The notes beneath the pieces are model-generated. The model worked only from the letters and a program-made list of their open reading frames with translations, did not search any database and was not told the DNA's origin. The position numbers were made by a program, and so were the translations under genes. From the IMG/VR virus record IMGVR_UViG_3300008259_002957: a stretch of 64,000 nucleotides of DNA; one strand, given 5' to 3'. The first letter of the stretch is position 1, and each line of letters opens with the position of its first letter. Source of the stretch: a virus (Duplodnaviria; Caudoviricetes). Below, piece by piece: positions 39,237 to 49,064 of this stretch.

Positions 39237-40050
39237 TACCAACAGGTTTGCCAGCGGCAGTTTTGGCTAAATGTATAGATTTAGTCGGCAACAGTTGAAA
39301 GTCAGTTATTACTTTTTTATATTCTTCGTTATATGTTTTCCAAAAATATTCTGGGCCAAATGTTTCCATAAATTTAATACCCATACTAACCAATGCTTGA
39401 CTATTCATATTAAAGTCGTTCATTATAGTTACTGCACCTAGTGGAGTATTTCTTGCAAACCGCACCCCTATTCTATTTCCACCTAGCCCTCCCTTGCTTA
39501 AACTAATACCAAATGTTTGAATAGCAGGGTGGTCAAAGTCGAATTCGATATCTCGAATACAACTTATCCAAGCACCATCGATGTGTACAGGTATTTTTAG
39601 TTTATAGCAAGTATTTAAAATTTCTGTCATTTCTGGATGTACATCACCGTAGTACGGAAACGGCATTGAAATTAACAACTCTTTATTTGGATCTAATGTA
39701 TCAATAGTAGTATAAGTTATATTAGGATTTAATCTATAATGATACTTATAGTCGTTTTCAAAAGTTTGTAACGAACCGCAGCGTTGATAAAGATCATCGA
39801 TATATTGAGTACAGCCGTTTATAATGTCTAATCTTTTAAAAACATCTACACCTTTAAATTTACTATACTGATGATTTTTAAGCCAATTAACAAATGTTTC
39901 TTTAAAAATCGAGTCTAAATCTGCGGTATGTACTGGATTTTCTTTATAAAAATTATCGTAAAACTCGTTAATTTTATTACTGTACATAGGTTGCGGCCTG
40001 TCAGTTTGTAACCATTCTTTAGTATACTCTCTTGTTACGTTATCTCTCAT
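39205..40050 (-). CDS. PLP-dependent fold-type I enzyme
   Basis: VHIDGAW and ISLSKGGLGGNRIG; paralog of 17494-18399. Confidence 0.65.
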   Translation of the reverse strand: MRDNVTREYTKEWLQTDRPQPMYSNKINEFYDNFYKENPVHTADLDSIFKETFVNWLKNHQYSKFKGVDVFKRLDIINGCTQYIDDLYQRCGSLQTFENDYKYHYRLNPNITYTTIDTLDPNKELLISMPFPYYGDVHPEMTEILNTCYKLKIPVHIDGAWISCIRDIEFDFDHPAIQTFGISLSKGGLGGNRIGVRFARNTPLGAVTIMNDFNMNSQALVSMGIKFMETFGPEYFWKTYNEEYKKVITDFQLLPTKSIHLAKTAAGKPVGIRPLLRFLKK

Positions 40051-40055
40051 GAAAA

Positions 40056-40084
40056 TATTTATATGCGTAGTTAACTACTAAATA
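40056..40084. promoter_or_regulatory. Back-to-back late-type promoter boxes around a 12-bp palindrome
   Basis: ATAAATA (-, 40056-40062) and CTAAATA (+, 40078-40084), each exactly 5 nt before an SD-less ATG; GTAGTTAACTAC at 40067-40078. Confidence 0.65.
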
Positions 40085-40089
40085 ACAAT

Positions 40090-41280
40090 ATGAAACCTTG
40101 CATACTTCCTTGGATAAATTTTAGCACCAACACATTCGGTCGTCCTCGAACTTGCGGCTATGCAGATCAGGCAGTTGTAAAAGATGCACAAGTCAAGTTA
40201 AAAGGTAGTAGTATAGAAAACGAATGGAACAATGATTATTTTAAAAAAATACGTATAGATTTTTTAAACGGAAAATGGCCAGAGAACTGTAAGCGTTGCG
40301 AGTACGTTGAAAGTTTAAATGGTCATAGTAAACGATTAGAAGAAAACAAATACCATTACGAAACAAACAAACATCTCATCAATGAAACTAAATCCGATGG
40401 CAGTGTTCCGTATTACCCACCTAATATTGATATTCGTGTTGGCACAATTTGTAATTTGAAGTGTATACATTGCGGCACCGGCGCTAGCAGCAAATGGAAC
40501 GAAGACAAGTCCCTATTAAACAAATATCCTAATACAGAATCGTATAACATAGATAACAAGTGGATAGAACAAGATAGTTTTATATGGGATAATATAAAAG
40601 AAAATCTACATCAAACAAAAAAGTTTAACTTTTTAGGTGGAGAGCCATTTGCTAATAAACAACACAATAAATTTATCGAAGAAATTTCAAAAACAGAACA
40701 CGCAAGTAAAATAACACTTCACTATGTCAGTAACGGAACATTGTTAACTGAAAAGATACTTAATCAACTATCTAAATTTGAAAGTGTTGTAATTAGATTA
40801 AGTGTTGACGCTATTGATATTCCTGGAGAATATTTTAGATTTCCTATTAAATGGGAAACATTTAAAAAGAAACTCGAATTAATACAACAATATGCAAAAC
40901 AGTATAGTAACTTTGATGTTGGGGTACAGTGGACCTGCTCAAATATAAGTATGTTTTATCTAGTTGAGACGTATGATTACATAAAATTTAATTTTCCAGA
41001 TATAAAATTTATTCTTTGTAATCATGTAGAATGGCCGATTCACATGAGTGCTCAAGTGTTACCCGTAGAATTAAAACAAATTATCAAAGAAAAAATAAAT
41101 CGATACAATTTTGATGACACAGACAAAATAGAATTTTATGTTAATCACATGTTTGAAAAAGATTTATGGAACGAATACGGAAAAACATTCATTTCTTATC
41201 TAAATGACCTAGACACCGCACGAAACATATCATGGAAGCATAGTTTTAAAGAAATGAAAATTGAAAACTACACATATTGA
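40090..41280 (+). CDS. Radical SAM enzyme, subfamily A
   Basis: CILPW...RTCG...CKRC; VGTICNLKCIHC; FLGGEPF; VSNGT. Confidence 0.92.
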   Translation: MKPCILPWINFSTNTFGRPRTCGYADQAVVKDAQVKLKGSSIENEWNNDYFKKIRIDFLNGKWPENCKRCEYVESLNGHSKRLEENKYHYETNKHLINETKSDGSVPYYPPNIDIRVGTICNLKCIHCGTGASSKWNEDKSLLNKYPNTESYNIDNKWIEQDSFIWDNIKENLHQTKKFNFLGGEPFANKQHNKFIEEISKTEHASKITLHYVSNGTLLTEKILNQLSKFESVVIRLSVDAIDIPGEYFRFPIKWETFKKKLELIQQYAKQYSNFDVGVQWTCSNISMFYLVETYDYIKFNFPDIKFILCNHVEWPIHMSAQVLPVELKQIIKEKINRYNFDDTDKIEFYVNHMFEKDLWNEYGKTFISYLNDLDTARNISWKHSFKEMKIENYTY

Positions 41281-41304
41281 CTATTTAAAAAAAGACGTTA
41301 TAAT
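41277..41304 (+). promoter_or_regulatory. Sigma70-type promoter (leaderless)
   Basis: TTGACT-16 nt-TATAAT, ATG 41310 5 nt downstream, no SD. Confidence 0.6.
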
Positions 41305-41309
41305 AAATT

Positions 41310-42422
41310 ATGAATGAAGATTTAAAATGGAGTAATTATGATTTTACCAAGATTCCGTTTGACGACATTATACAAGTCGGCCAGCGGACACTCTTATATA
41401 GAGACTTATTTACTGTATCTTGGCTCCTTGGAAGATACTGCAACTACAGATGCTCATACTGCTGGCCCTATGCAAGATCTGACAGAAAAGATCATAGACC
41501 TACAGAGTTATGTCTCAAAACCATCGACGAAATAAAGCGTCAGGCTCGTGACAATGGATTTAATAGTTTTCACTTTTCGTTAAGTGGTGGTGAGCCTACA
41601 TTTCATCCTGGATACTTAGACATACTAAAACATCTAGCAGATGATGTTGACAATACCAATTATACTAGTGTACATATGACATCGAATTGTAGTAGACCTG
41701 TGCGCTGGTTTGAAGATTATGTAGAAAAAGTCAAGCCGTTTCACAGAGCAAGCATTACAGCAAGTTTGCACACTGAACATTTAGATACAACAGCAAAGAT
41801 GCAGGATTTTGCAGACAAACTGATATTATGTCAAGAACACGATGTTCAAGTTACTATCAACATGGTTATGGTACCCGAATGGTTTGAACGTGATTGGGAC
41901 AATGCACTATTCTTCCACGAGCAGGGCATAAACGTAACGCTAAAGCCTCAAAGCGACCCTACAGCAAGCCGAGTAGTAGATGGATACACAGATGACAATC
42001 TAAAACGTTTACACAACGGTATGCCGCAGCGTGCTTATACAGAAACAAAGCGTAAATGGAACGACCGTCCTAGACCTAATTTTGAACTACCTAAACACGC
42101 TTTAGTTAATAATGATTCAAATGTTCCTAGCCATTTTCAAGTAGAATTTTTAGATTCTACAGGAAAAAAATGGTACATGGATCAAGCCGAAAGATTTAAT
42201 GCTTTTAATTTTAATAAATTTAAAGGCTGGAATTGCAATGCTGGGTATCAAGGAATTATTATCAGAGAACCTGACGGAAGTATAAAACGTAGTTACAGTT
42301 GTTCAGATGTTCCATTAGGAAACATTGAAACAGGATTTAAATTGTTTTCTAATCCAATGCCCTGTATAACTGATAGTTGTGTTAGTTCGGCTGACAGTAA
42401 AATACCAAAAAGAAAACACTAA
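41310..42422 (+). CDS. Radical SAM enzyme, subfamily B
   Basis: WLLGRYCNYRCSYC, LSGGEPT, TSNCS, WNCNAG, CITDSC. Confidence 0.93.
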   Translation: MNEDLKWSNYDFTKIPFDDIIQVGQRTLLYRDLFTVSWLLGRYCNYRCSYCWPYARSDRKDHRPTELCLKTIDEIKRQARDNGFNSFHFSLSGGEPTFHPGYLDILKHLADDVDNTNYTSVHMTSNCSRPVRWFEDYVEKVKPFHRASITASLHTEHLDTTAKMQDFADKLILCQEHDVQVTINMVMVPEWFERDWDNALFFHEQGINVTLKPQSDPTASRVVDGYTDDNLKRLHNGMPQRAYTETKRKWNDRPRPNFELPKHALVNNDSNVPSHFQVEFLDSTGKKWYMDQAERFNAFNFNKFKGWNCNAGYQGIIIREPDGSIKRSYSCSDVPLGNIETGFKLFSNPMPCITDSCVSSADSKIPKRKH

Positions 42423-43468
42423 TGCCAATCTGTAAAGCCCTTCATAATCAAGTGTGTATAGAACTCAGTGGTTTTTATAAACCATGCTGTTCGTACAAAG
42501 GTATAAGTAAAATTTCTGTAAATGATATGTCTCCGGATGACTTTTTACATTCCGAATATATAGCAAATATAAGAAAAAATATGGAGGGCAATTCATGGGA
42601 TCCGGGTTGCTACAACTGTAAAAAACACATCGAACTAGGATTACATTCTGTAAAAGATTCTTATGATTTTTATTGTAAATCTGACTTAAACACTTTTGAA
42701 ATGTTAGAGTTGTCTGTTAGTAATAAATGTAATAATCAATGTAGAATGTGTGATTCTAGACATAGTAGTTTGTGGCAAAAAACTTTAGGAGGCAGCAATA
42801 TACCTGTGTCTTATTATAATTTAGAAAACGTTCTATCTAAGATAAAAAGTAAAGATATTAAAATTATAAAATATCTAGGTGGAGAACCATTAATAACTGA
42901 TGAAGTGTTTCATATATTTGAGTTTATCGAAAAAAATAAAGAAAATAAAATTTCTTTTTATGTAAACACAAATTTAACAGTTCCTCCTGAAAAATATTTA
43001 AAACATTTTACAAATATAGACAGTTTTATAATTGGATATAGTATTGACGGTACTGGATTAACAAACGAATATATTAGAGATGGAAGCAAATGGGAAACTA
43101 TAAAAAGAAATCTAGATAAGTGGGAAAACTATATTAATAAAAGAAACGATAACAGTGAAAGATATGTTCATACAGTTTTGCAAGCCTATAATTATCATGA
43201 TATAGAAAATATAAACAAATTATGTCAAGATTACGGATTATACTATAATATTTTTCCTATTACATATCCTTTGGAATTTTCGATAAATGCTTTACCTCAA
43301 TGGTATATTGAAAAACATATGTGCAAAGAAACTGAAGAATTTTTAAAAAATTACAATCACGACACTGAGTTACTCTCTAAATTAATTGAAACTACGGCAA
43401 GTCAAGACAATGTGCTTCAAAAGTCAATAAATGACTTTATACCAGAATTGAGTTTTTTAAAAACTTAA
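42422..43468 (+). CDS. Radical SAM enzyme, subfamily A
   Basis: ICKAL...KPCC...CYNC; VSNKCNNQCRMC; YLGGEPL. Confidence 0.92.
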   Translation: MPICKALHNQVCIELSGFYKPCCSYKGISKISVNDMSPDDFLHSEYIANIRKNMEGNSWDPGCYNCKKHIELGLHSVKDSYDFYCKSDLNTFEMLELSVSNKCNNQCRMCDSRHSSLWQKTLGGSNIPVSYYNLENVLSKIKSKDIKIIKYLGGEPLITDEVFHIFEFIEKNKENKISFYVNTNLTVPPEKYLKHFTNIDSFIIGYSIDGTGLTNEYIRDGSKWETIKRNLDKWENYINKRNDNSERYVHTVLQAYNYHDIENINKLCQDYGLYYNIFPITYPLEFSINALPQWYIEKHMCKETEEFLKNYNHDTELLSKLIETTASQDNVLQKSINDFIPELSFLKT

Positions 43469-43470
43469 AT

Positions 43471-44124
43471 TTATTTAATGAATTTTACTTCAATAGGCTG
43501 TTTTGTCTTTGTCGGAAAAATATAAGAGTTATCAACGTGTGATATTCTTCTATTAAGACTTTGATTTTTAAAACCTATACCCATTAAAAGTAAGACATCA
43601 TTTTCAAGACTAAGATACTCTTTAACTTTATCTTGATTAAAACAAGAACAACACCCAGTTGAATAGCCTAAAATGCTAGCAGTAAGATTTAAATATCCTG
43701 CGGCTACACCTACAGCAAGATTTCTATCTCTTTCTAACGTCTTTGTGGCTTGATACGAATCAACGGAATTAGTGGTTATTGCTCTAGTTTGATCATTTCT
43801 TGTTGAATCTTTGTCATTGTTTAGATTTTCGTATTTTTCAAAAACAACTAAAAGATTTGCTAGAGTTTGTGTATTTGTAGTGTACTCGGGTGTTGGTTCT
43901 AATGTAACAACAAACCCTTTGGTATTATCATGAATCTCTTCGATGATATTTCTGTTGGTTATAAAATGAAGTCGATAAAACGCTACATTTTGTTTGCTTG
44001 GACATTGTGTTCCAGCAGTTACTAGAAGATTTAGATCGTCTTCGGGTATTTCTTTTGAAAGATCCCAATTACGCTGACAATGTTGACTGCGTATAATAGA
44101 TTGTTTAATATCAATATGATTCAT
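43471..44124 (-). CDS. Nitroreductase-family flavoprotein
   Basis: IIRSQHCQRNWD...AGTQCPSKQN...LGYSTGCC...LLMGIG. Confidence 0.75.
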   Translation of the reverse strand: MNHIDIKQSIIRSQHCQRNWDLSKEIPEDDLNLLVTAGTQCPSKQNVAFYRLHFITNRNIIEEIHDNTKGFVVTLEPTPEYTTNTQTLANLLVVFEKYENLNNDKDSTRNDQTRAITTNSVDSYQATKTLERDRNLAVGVAAGYLNLTASILGYSTGCCSCFNQDKVKEYLSLENDVLLLMGIGFKNQSLNRRISHVDNSYIFPTKTKQPIEVKFIK

Positions 44125-44144
44125 AGTATAACTCCAATATAAAA

Positions 44145-44151
44145 TATTTAT
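44145..44151 (-). promoter_or_regulatory. Late-type promoter box
   Basis: ATAAATA then GGAG SD then ATG 44124. Confidence 0.5.
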
Positions 44152-44157
44152 TCTATT

Positions 44158-45552
44158 TTACATTTTATTTTTGATAAGATAGTGTTTAAACTCCCAAGTT
44201 TTTTCTGTTGAACTATTTGGATACCAATCTGAATATTCTTTAACATATTTTCCTAAGTATGGTTTTGAATTTTCAATTATAAAGTTATAGGGTAAGTCAT
44301 CGGGTTCTAAAATTCCGTTATGTGTATTATCCATCATCCATAAAATTGCACTACATAATGGAGCAACAACTTGTAAACTAGTTGCATTATTGTTTTCAAC
44401 TAAATTTCTAGTTTCGTCAATAGACAATTGACTACCTACCCAATAAGAGCCAAATTCTCCCATTAACAATACGCCTAATTCGTCCATTCCGCCTACTATG
44501 CTATCTGTTATAATTCTAGATTGTGCTTGACCTTTAAGATTGTTTTGTGTAAGTTCATTTAAACTTTCAACTGCTTGGTCGCAAGGATGGTAGGCATAAT
44601 GAACTGTAGGTCTGTATAAAGAATGATCGTCATTAATTGACAAAAATTCTGCTAAAGTTATAGATTCTTGGTGTGTTATTAAAAATCCTTCAAATTCTTT
44701 AGCATTTGGAGCCCAAGATTTTACTTTTGTTGCACATCCGGGATTGTTTAAAAATATAGATGCTTTACTTCCGTGTATATGAGTCACTCCGTTATCCGGA
44801 AGTTCGGGTTCGTGTGACCCCCAACCGAGTTCAGCAGGAAGGATACCTTCAGCAATAAAACCATCTACGCTCCATGTGTTTACAAATTCGTTTGGTTTTT
44901 TCTTATCTAAATCAAATTGTGAATCTCGTTCGGAAACATGTATAACTTTAAGACCTACTTTTTTAGCAAGATCTGCCCAGTCTAGTTGAGATGTTGGAGT
45001 TTCGTTGACATTAAGTTTTTTTGCAATATCAATTAGTGCATCTTTAACTAAATGATTAACTAATCCAGGATTAGCACCGTGTGAAAGAACGGCTGTTGCT
45101 TTATTTTTTGATGTTTTTTTATTTTTTATCATGTCTTCTCTTAGAGAGTAGTTTGTTCTATCTCTAGGATCCATATCGAAGTTATCAAAAAATCCTGGCC
45201 ACGGCTGAATACAAGTGTCTATGTACATAACATCGTTTTTTTGACATTCTTCAACTAAATCTTTTGATGATACATCTACTGTTAAATTAATAACAATATC
45301 GCCTTTTGATGTATATTTTTGTAAAATGTTTTTGTAGTTGTCAATGCTAATATTTTCAATTACTCTTTCGACATCATACTTGTTAGTTATACTCCAATTT
45401 CGACTGTCGTTGGATATAATTGTTATTTTATTAGACTTTATATGTTTTTTTAAGAGAGGAAGCAATGCAACACAGATGCTTCCTGCACCTAAAATAGTTA
45501 TATTATGATTAAATTCTTTAAAAATCGTAGTAACTTGTGTCATTTTCGTCAA
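44158..45552 (-). CDS. hss: Homospermidine synthase
   Basis: ILGAGSI, HGANPGLV, SERD, NTWSVDGF, PAELGWG, LITHQES, YRPTVHYAYHPCD, GMDELGVLL, NATSLQV. Confidence 0.92.
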   Translation of the reverse strand: MTKMTQVTTIFKEFNHNITILGAGSICVALLPLLKKHIKSNKITIISNDSRNWSITNKYDVERVIENISIDNYKNILQKYTSKGDIVINLTVDVSSKDLVEECQKNDVMYIDTCIQPWPGFFDNFDMDPRDRTNYSLREDMIKNKKTSKNKATAVLSHGANPGLVNHLVKDALIDIAKKLNVNETPTSQLDWADLAKKVGLKVIHVSERDSQFDLDKKKPNEFVNTWSVDGFIAEGILPAELGWGSHEPELPDNGVTHIHGSKASIFLNNPGCATKVKSWAPNAKEFEGFLITHQESITLAEFLSINDDHSLYRPTVHYAYHPCDQAVESLNELTQNNLKGQAQSRIITDSIVGGMDELGVLLMGEFGSYWVGSQLSIDETRNLVENNNATSLQVVAPLCSAILWMMDNTHNGILEPDDLPYNFIIENSKPYLGKYVKEYSDWYPNSSTEKTWEFKHYLIKNKM

Positions 45553-46789
45553 ATCCTCTAGTTAAAAAGTCGTTTGAAGTGGTTCTAATAATTTGCCAAT
45601 TGTTAAACGCTTTTTCTGTTAAAATATCTTTGATGGGATGAATATATTGTGTCATTGGTTTTAAAGTCCAGTCTATATCATCTATTGTTTGCATAGTAAG
45701 TTCATGTAGATCTTTATTAAAATACTCTTTTAAGTATTCTTTTATAAATTCGTAACCGGTTAATTTGTTATAATAATTTACATTAGGGTTTCCATATTTT
45801 TTACTAATTTTAAATTTAAAATCATAGTCAACTGTAGTGGTGTTTTTAACATCGTTAATATCGAGAAATGAATATATTTGTTCTGGGCTATACATAAAAA
45901 AATCATATATACAGGTTTTGTTTGTTATATGAGCCCAGGTGGGTGCAGATAATCCGATAGAGTACGAGCAATCGCCTATTACTGGCTCTTTATCTTTGTT
46001 AAATTTTATCTCAACTTGGTCTGATGCCATAACAGGAACAGCACCTATACTGTTTATGTATTCGATCATTAACTGTTGTGTATATAATCCCGGAATTAGA
46101 AAATATGTTTCATATACTCCATTAATAAAATAATCTCTATGACGATTGTTATAAAGATCTTCGAGAATGTTTATTTCTTTTGTAATATGTTTAATATTAT
46201 ATTTTTTACAAAAGTTAATAGCATTAATAACATCGTGGTGATTTAATATATGATCTTTATGTTTGTATACTAATGAAAATCCTATAAAGTCTACGTTTGC
46301 GTCAACAAATGCAAGACCCATTAATTCTGAATCGATTCCACCGCTAAAACATAAGAATATATCTCGATATTTGGATTTAATATCGATTGCACTTTTTTTA
46401 CATTCTTCCCACCAAATTAAATTTTCAGTATTGTCAGGTATAGCAAATCTTTCAATAAAGGGTAGTTTTGGTAATTTTGGTAATGCAGTTAGTCCATATC
46501 CAAAACTTAAATGATTATTTTTTGAAAATTTACATTGATTATCTGTTTTATAATCTTTATTAATAATATAGTAATCGTGTTCTTTATGGTCAAGTAACAC
46601 TTTTATATGTTTATGACTTTCAGTACTTGAGATGAATCGAGGAAATGAATTTTTATCAACAATATCATAGGGAATAATACCGGAATCAATAGATCCGCAG
46701 TTGATATAAATTGCCGGATTTGCAATCGTAGGCGCTGTTAACTTTGACTTTAAATAGCCCTCAACTTCAGAAATGCTTATAGAACTCAT
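45518..46789 (-). CDS. Asparagine-synthetase-like PP-loop ATP pyrophosphatase
   Basis: FLCFSGGIDSEL PP-loop motif. Confidence 0.55.
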   Translation of the reverse strand: MSSISISEVEGYLKSKLTAPTIANPAIYINCGSIDSGIIPYDIVDKNSFPRFISSTESHKHIKVLLDHKEHDYYIINKDYKTDNQCKFSKNNHLSFGYGLTALPKLPKLPFIERFAIPDNTENLIWWEECKKSAIDIKSKYRDIFLCFSGGIDSELMGLAFVDANVDFIGFSLVYKHKDHILNHHDVINAINFCKKYNIKHITKEINILEDLYNNRHRDYFINGVYETYFLIPGLYTQQLMIEYINSIGAVPVMASDQVEIKFNKDKEPVIGDCSYSIGLSAPTWAHITNKTCIYDFFMYSPEQIYSFLDINDVKNTTTVDYDFKFKISKKYGNPNVNYYNKLTGYEFIKEYLKEYFNKDLHELTMQTIDDIDWTLKPMTQYIHPIKDILTEKAFNNWQIIRTTSNDFLTRGFDENDTSYYDF

Positions 46790-47646
46790 TTTACAAAAAG
46801 TTTATTTTGTACAATTTCTTTTAACGATTTTTTATAATTAGAATTAAATCTCCATTCATCGTTGGATTCATTATAATCTAACCACGGAGTAAGACCTAAC
46901 ACTAAATGTATTCTCGGTTCGGTATCTGTAGTTTCTTCTTTTACAGTAACTTGATGCGGAATTATTGTATTCCAAATATATGCTTTACCGACTTCGAGAT
47001 GTTTTTCGATAGATAATTTATTTCCGTACTTGTCTTTGCCTTCGGCCTTTAAAATATGATTACTGTTAGTCTTAAGTGGAATATTAACTCTTAGCAGATA
47101 AAGTGGCAACTCGTCAACATGAATACCCGAAGTATCGGGTAATTTGGTTTTATGTGGATAAAAATAACTTACTCTTGATCTAGACAATCCGCAATTAAAT
47201 TTATTAAACAAATTGTTAAAGTACTTTCTTACAACCGGATGAACATGTCTAAAACCGAATGTATCATAATAGGTATTTTTTATAACACCCGGTAAACTCT
47301 TTTCTCCTCTAATTCCGTAAACTTGAGTCATTTCTTTGGTACCCATAGTTTGATTATACAGCCCTTGATCGCCTATATAGTCTTTATTATAAGTTAACGA
47401 AAATCCTTTGTAATCATCAAATTCGAAGTTTTTAGTAGTCCAGTTGTACAATCCAACTTCTTTTTCTAATTGTAAAATATTTTCTAACATAGTCTCAGCA
47501 GACGGTAGTCCGAGTTCTTCTAGTGTAAATTCGTAAAACAAAAAATCTTTCATGTAATCAGTATAGTCATTGTTTGTTACAAACAAACAATTATCTTCTA
47601 TATGAGTTATCATTGACACATCGTTACTATAATCATGACCTATCAT
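46786..47646 (-). CDS. Fe(II)/2OG oxygenase, beta-hydroxylase-like cupin
   Basis: SGIHVDE, RVNIPL, WNTIIPHQV, RIHLVLG. Confidence 0.7.
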   Translation of the reverse strand: MIGHDYSNDVSMITHIEDNCLFVTNNDYTDYMKDFLFYEFTLEELGLPSAETMLENILQLEKEVGLYNWTTKNFEFDDYKGFSLTYNKDYIGDQGLYNQTMGTKEMTQVYGIRGEKSLPGVIKNTYYDTFGFRHVHPVVRKYFNNLFNKFNCGLSRSRVSYFYPHKTKLPDTSGIHVDELPLYLLRVNIPLKTNSNHILKAEGKDKYGNKLSIEKHLEVGKAYIWNTIIPHQVTVKEETTDTEPRIHLVLGLTPWLDYNESNDEWRFNSNYKKSLKEIVQNKLFVK

Positions 47647-49064
47647 TATACAAGTACTTTCTTTAAAAGTTCGTTTCTTTTTATTTTTCCGTTATAAGAC
47701 ATAGGAATTTTTTTTAAATTTAAATATATCAACCTGTCTATATTATACACTAATTTCATATAGTTGTCTATCCGGTATTTATCGCTATCAGAAACACTTT
47801 TTACAAACACATAATTGTTTTCTTTGTTTTGCACTATAATAACTGTCTTGTTAATAATTTTTTGTAGTTCGTTTTCGATGTTAACTGGATTATATGCTAC
47901 ACTGTTATATAGGAATAGATCTTTATAACGACCAATTAAAACCAAATCACCGTCAACAAGTTTGCCATAATCGCCAGTATTAAACCATCCGTTATCTGTG
48001 TACGGAGTAATGCTAGTATTGGATTCATAATATCCTTGTCCTATAGTATCTCCACGAAGATATACTATTCCTTCTGTTGATGTTTGTTTGTTGTCTAACA
48101 TAAATTTTAATTCTAACCCGTTGATTAGTTTTCCTACGCCTTTCATAGTTCCGTCGTTAATACTAATGGTAGCAGTAGTTTCTGTCATGCCGTAGCCGTT
48201 TACTAGTTTTAGATTGAAGAATTTTTCTATATAGTTTTTACGTTCTTCGGTTAGTGCATCGCCTCCGTAAGAAATGTATCTTATAGATGATGCAGAAATT
48301 TGTTGTTCCTCCATTATAGAAGTGATTCTCGACAGGCTAATTGGAGTCGATGATAACATGGATATCTTATTTTTTTCAAAAGATTTTACGTGTGATCTTT
48401 TAAATTTATTAGCCACAAATACAGAACCCGAAGAGTAAAATATACCAAGTGTAAGATTTAATCCAAATACAAAAGTAGCAGGTAAAATTAAATATAAGAC
48501 GTCTTGTTCAGTAACGGCTCTATTCTTTTTTGTCTTTATTGCTCCAGAAATTAAATTATCTTCAGACAATGCTACAACTTTAATATTTCCACTTGTTCCT
48601 GAAGTATGTAGCATAACACCTGTTTTATCTAATGATGTGTCTATGTTGAGGTTTTTTGTTTTAATATAATTAAAAGTTAACACAGTTCCTATTATTTGTT
48701 CGTCAAAAAATCTTTCTATTTTTTGACTTGCTAAAAACACAAAATTTGGATTTGATTTTTCAACAATTACTGTTAATTCTTTGTTGTTTATTGCAGTACT
48801 AATTAATATAGGAATACCTCCAAGTAATTTTATAGCAAAAAACAATACAAAAAAGTCAATAGAATTATTGCTTATCATCATAATTTTATGATATTTTTTA
48901 ACACCAATTGTTTTTAATATATCGGAAGCAGTTTGAATTTTAATAAAAAACTCGGAATTAGATAACGAAGTTGTTTCATCTAATATTGCAATTTTTGATT
49001 TATGATTAACAGCATTATGCTTTAGAAAATCTACGACAGAATTCATTCTTTTAAGGATTTCCAT
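47646..49064 (-). CDS. AMP-binding (ANL) acyl-CoA synthetase/ligase
   Basis: HTSGTSGNIK, NGYGMTET, FNTGDYG, IGRYKD, PMSYNGKI. Confidence 0.92.
   Translation of the reverse strand: MEILKRMNSVVDFLKHNAVNHKSKIAILDETTSLSNSEFFIKIQTASDILKTIGVKKYHKIMMISNNSIDFFVLFFAIKLLGGIPILISTAINNKELTVIVEKSNPNFVFLASQKIERFFDEQIIGTVLTFNYIKTKNLNIDTSLDKTGVMLHTSGTSGNIKVVALSEDNLISGAIKTKKNRAVTEQDVLYLILPATFVFGLNLTLGIFYSSGSVFVANKFKRSHVKSFEKNKISMLSSTPISLSRITSIMEEQQISASSIRYISYGGDALTEERKNYIEKFFNLKLVNGYGMTETTATISINDGTMKGVGKLINGLELKFMLDNKQTSTEGIVYLRGDTIGQGYYESNTSITPYTDNGWFNTGDYGKLVDGDLVLIGRYKDLFLYNSVAYNPVNIENELQKIINKTVIIVQNKENNYVFVKSVSDSDKYRIDNYMKLVYNIDRLIYLNLKKIPMSYNGKIKRNELLKKVLV

Noticed and set aside
43471-44124. Nitroreductase as BluB supplying DMB for the B12 rSAMs
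   Set aside because: No BluB-specific motif recognised; only family-level similarity.
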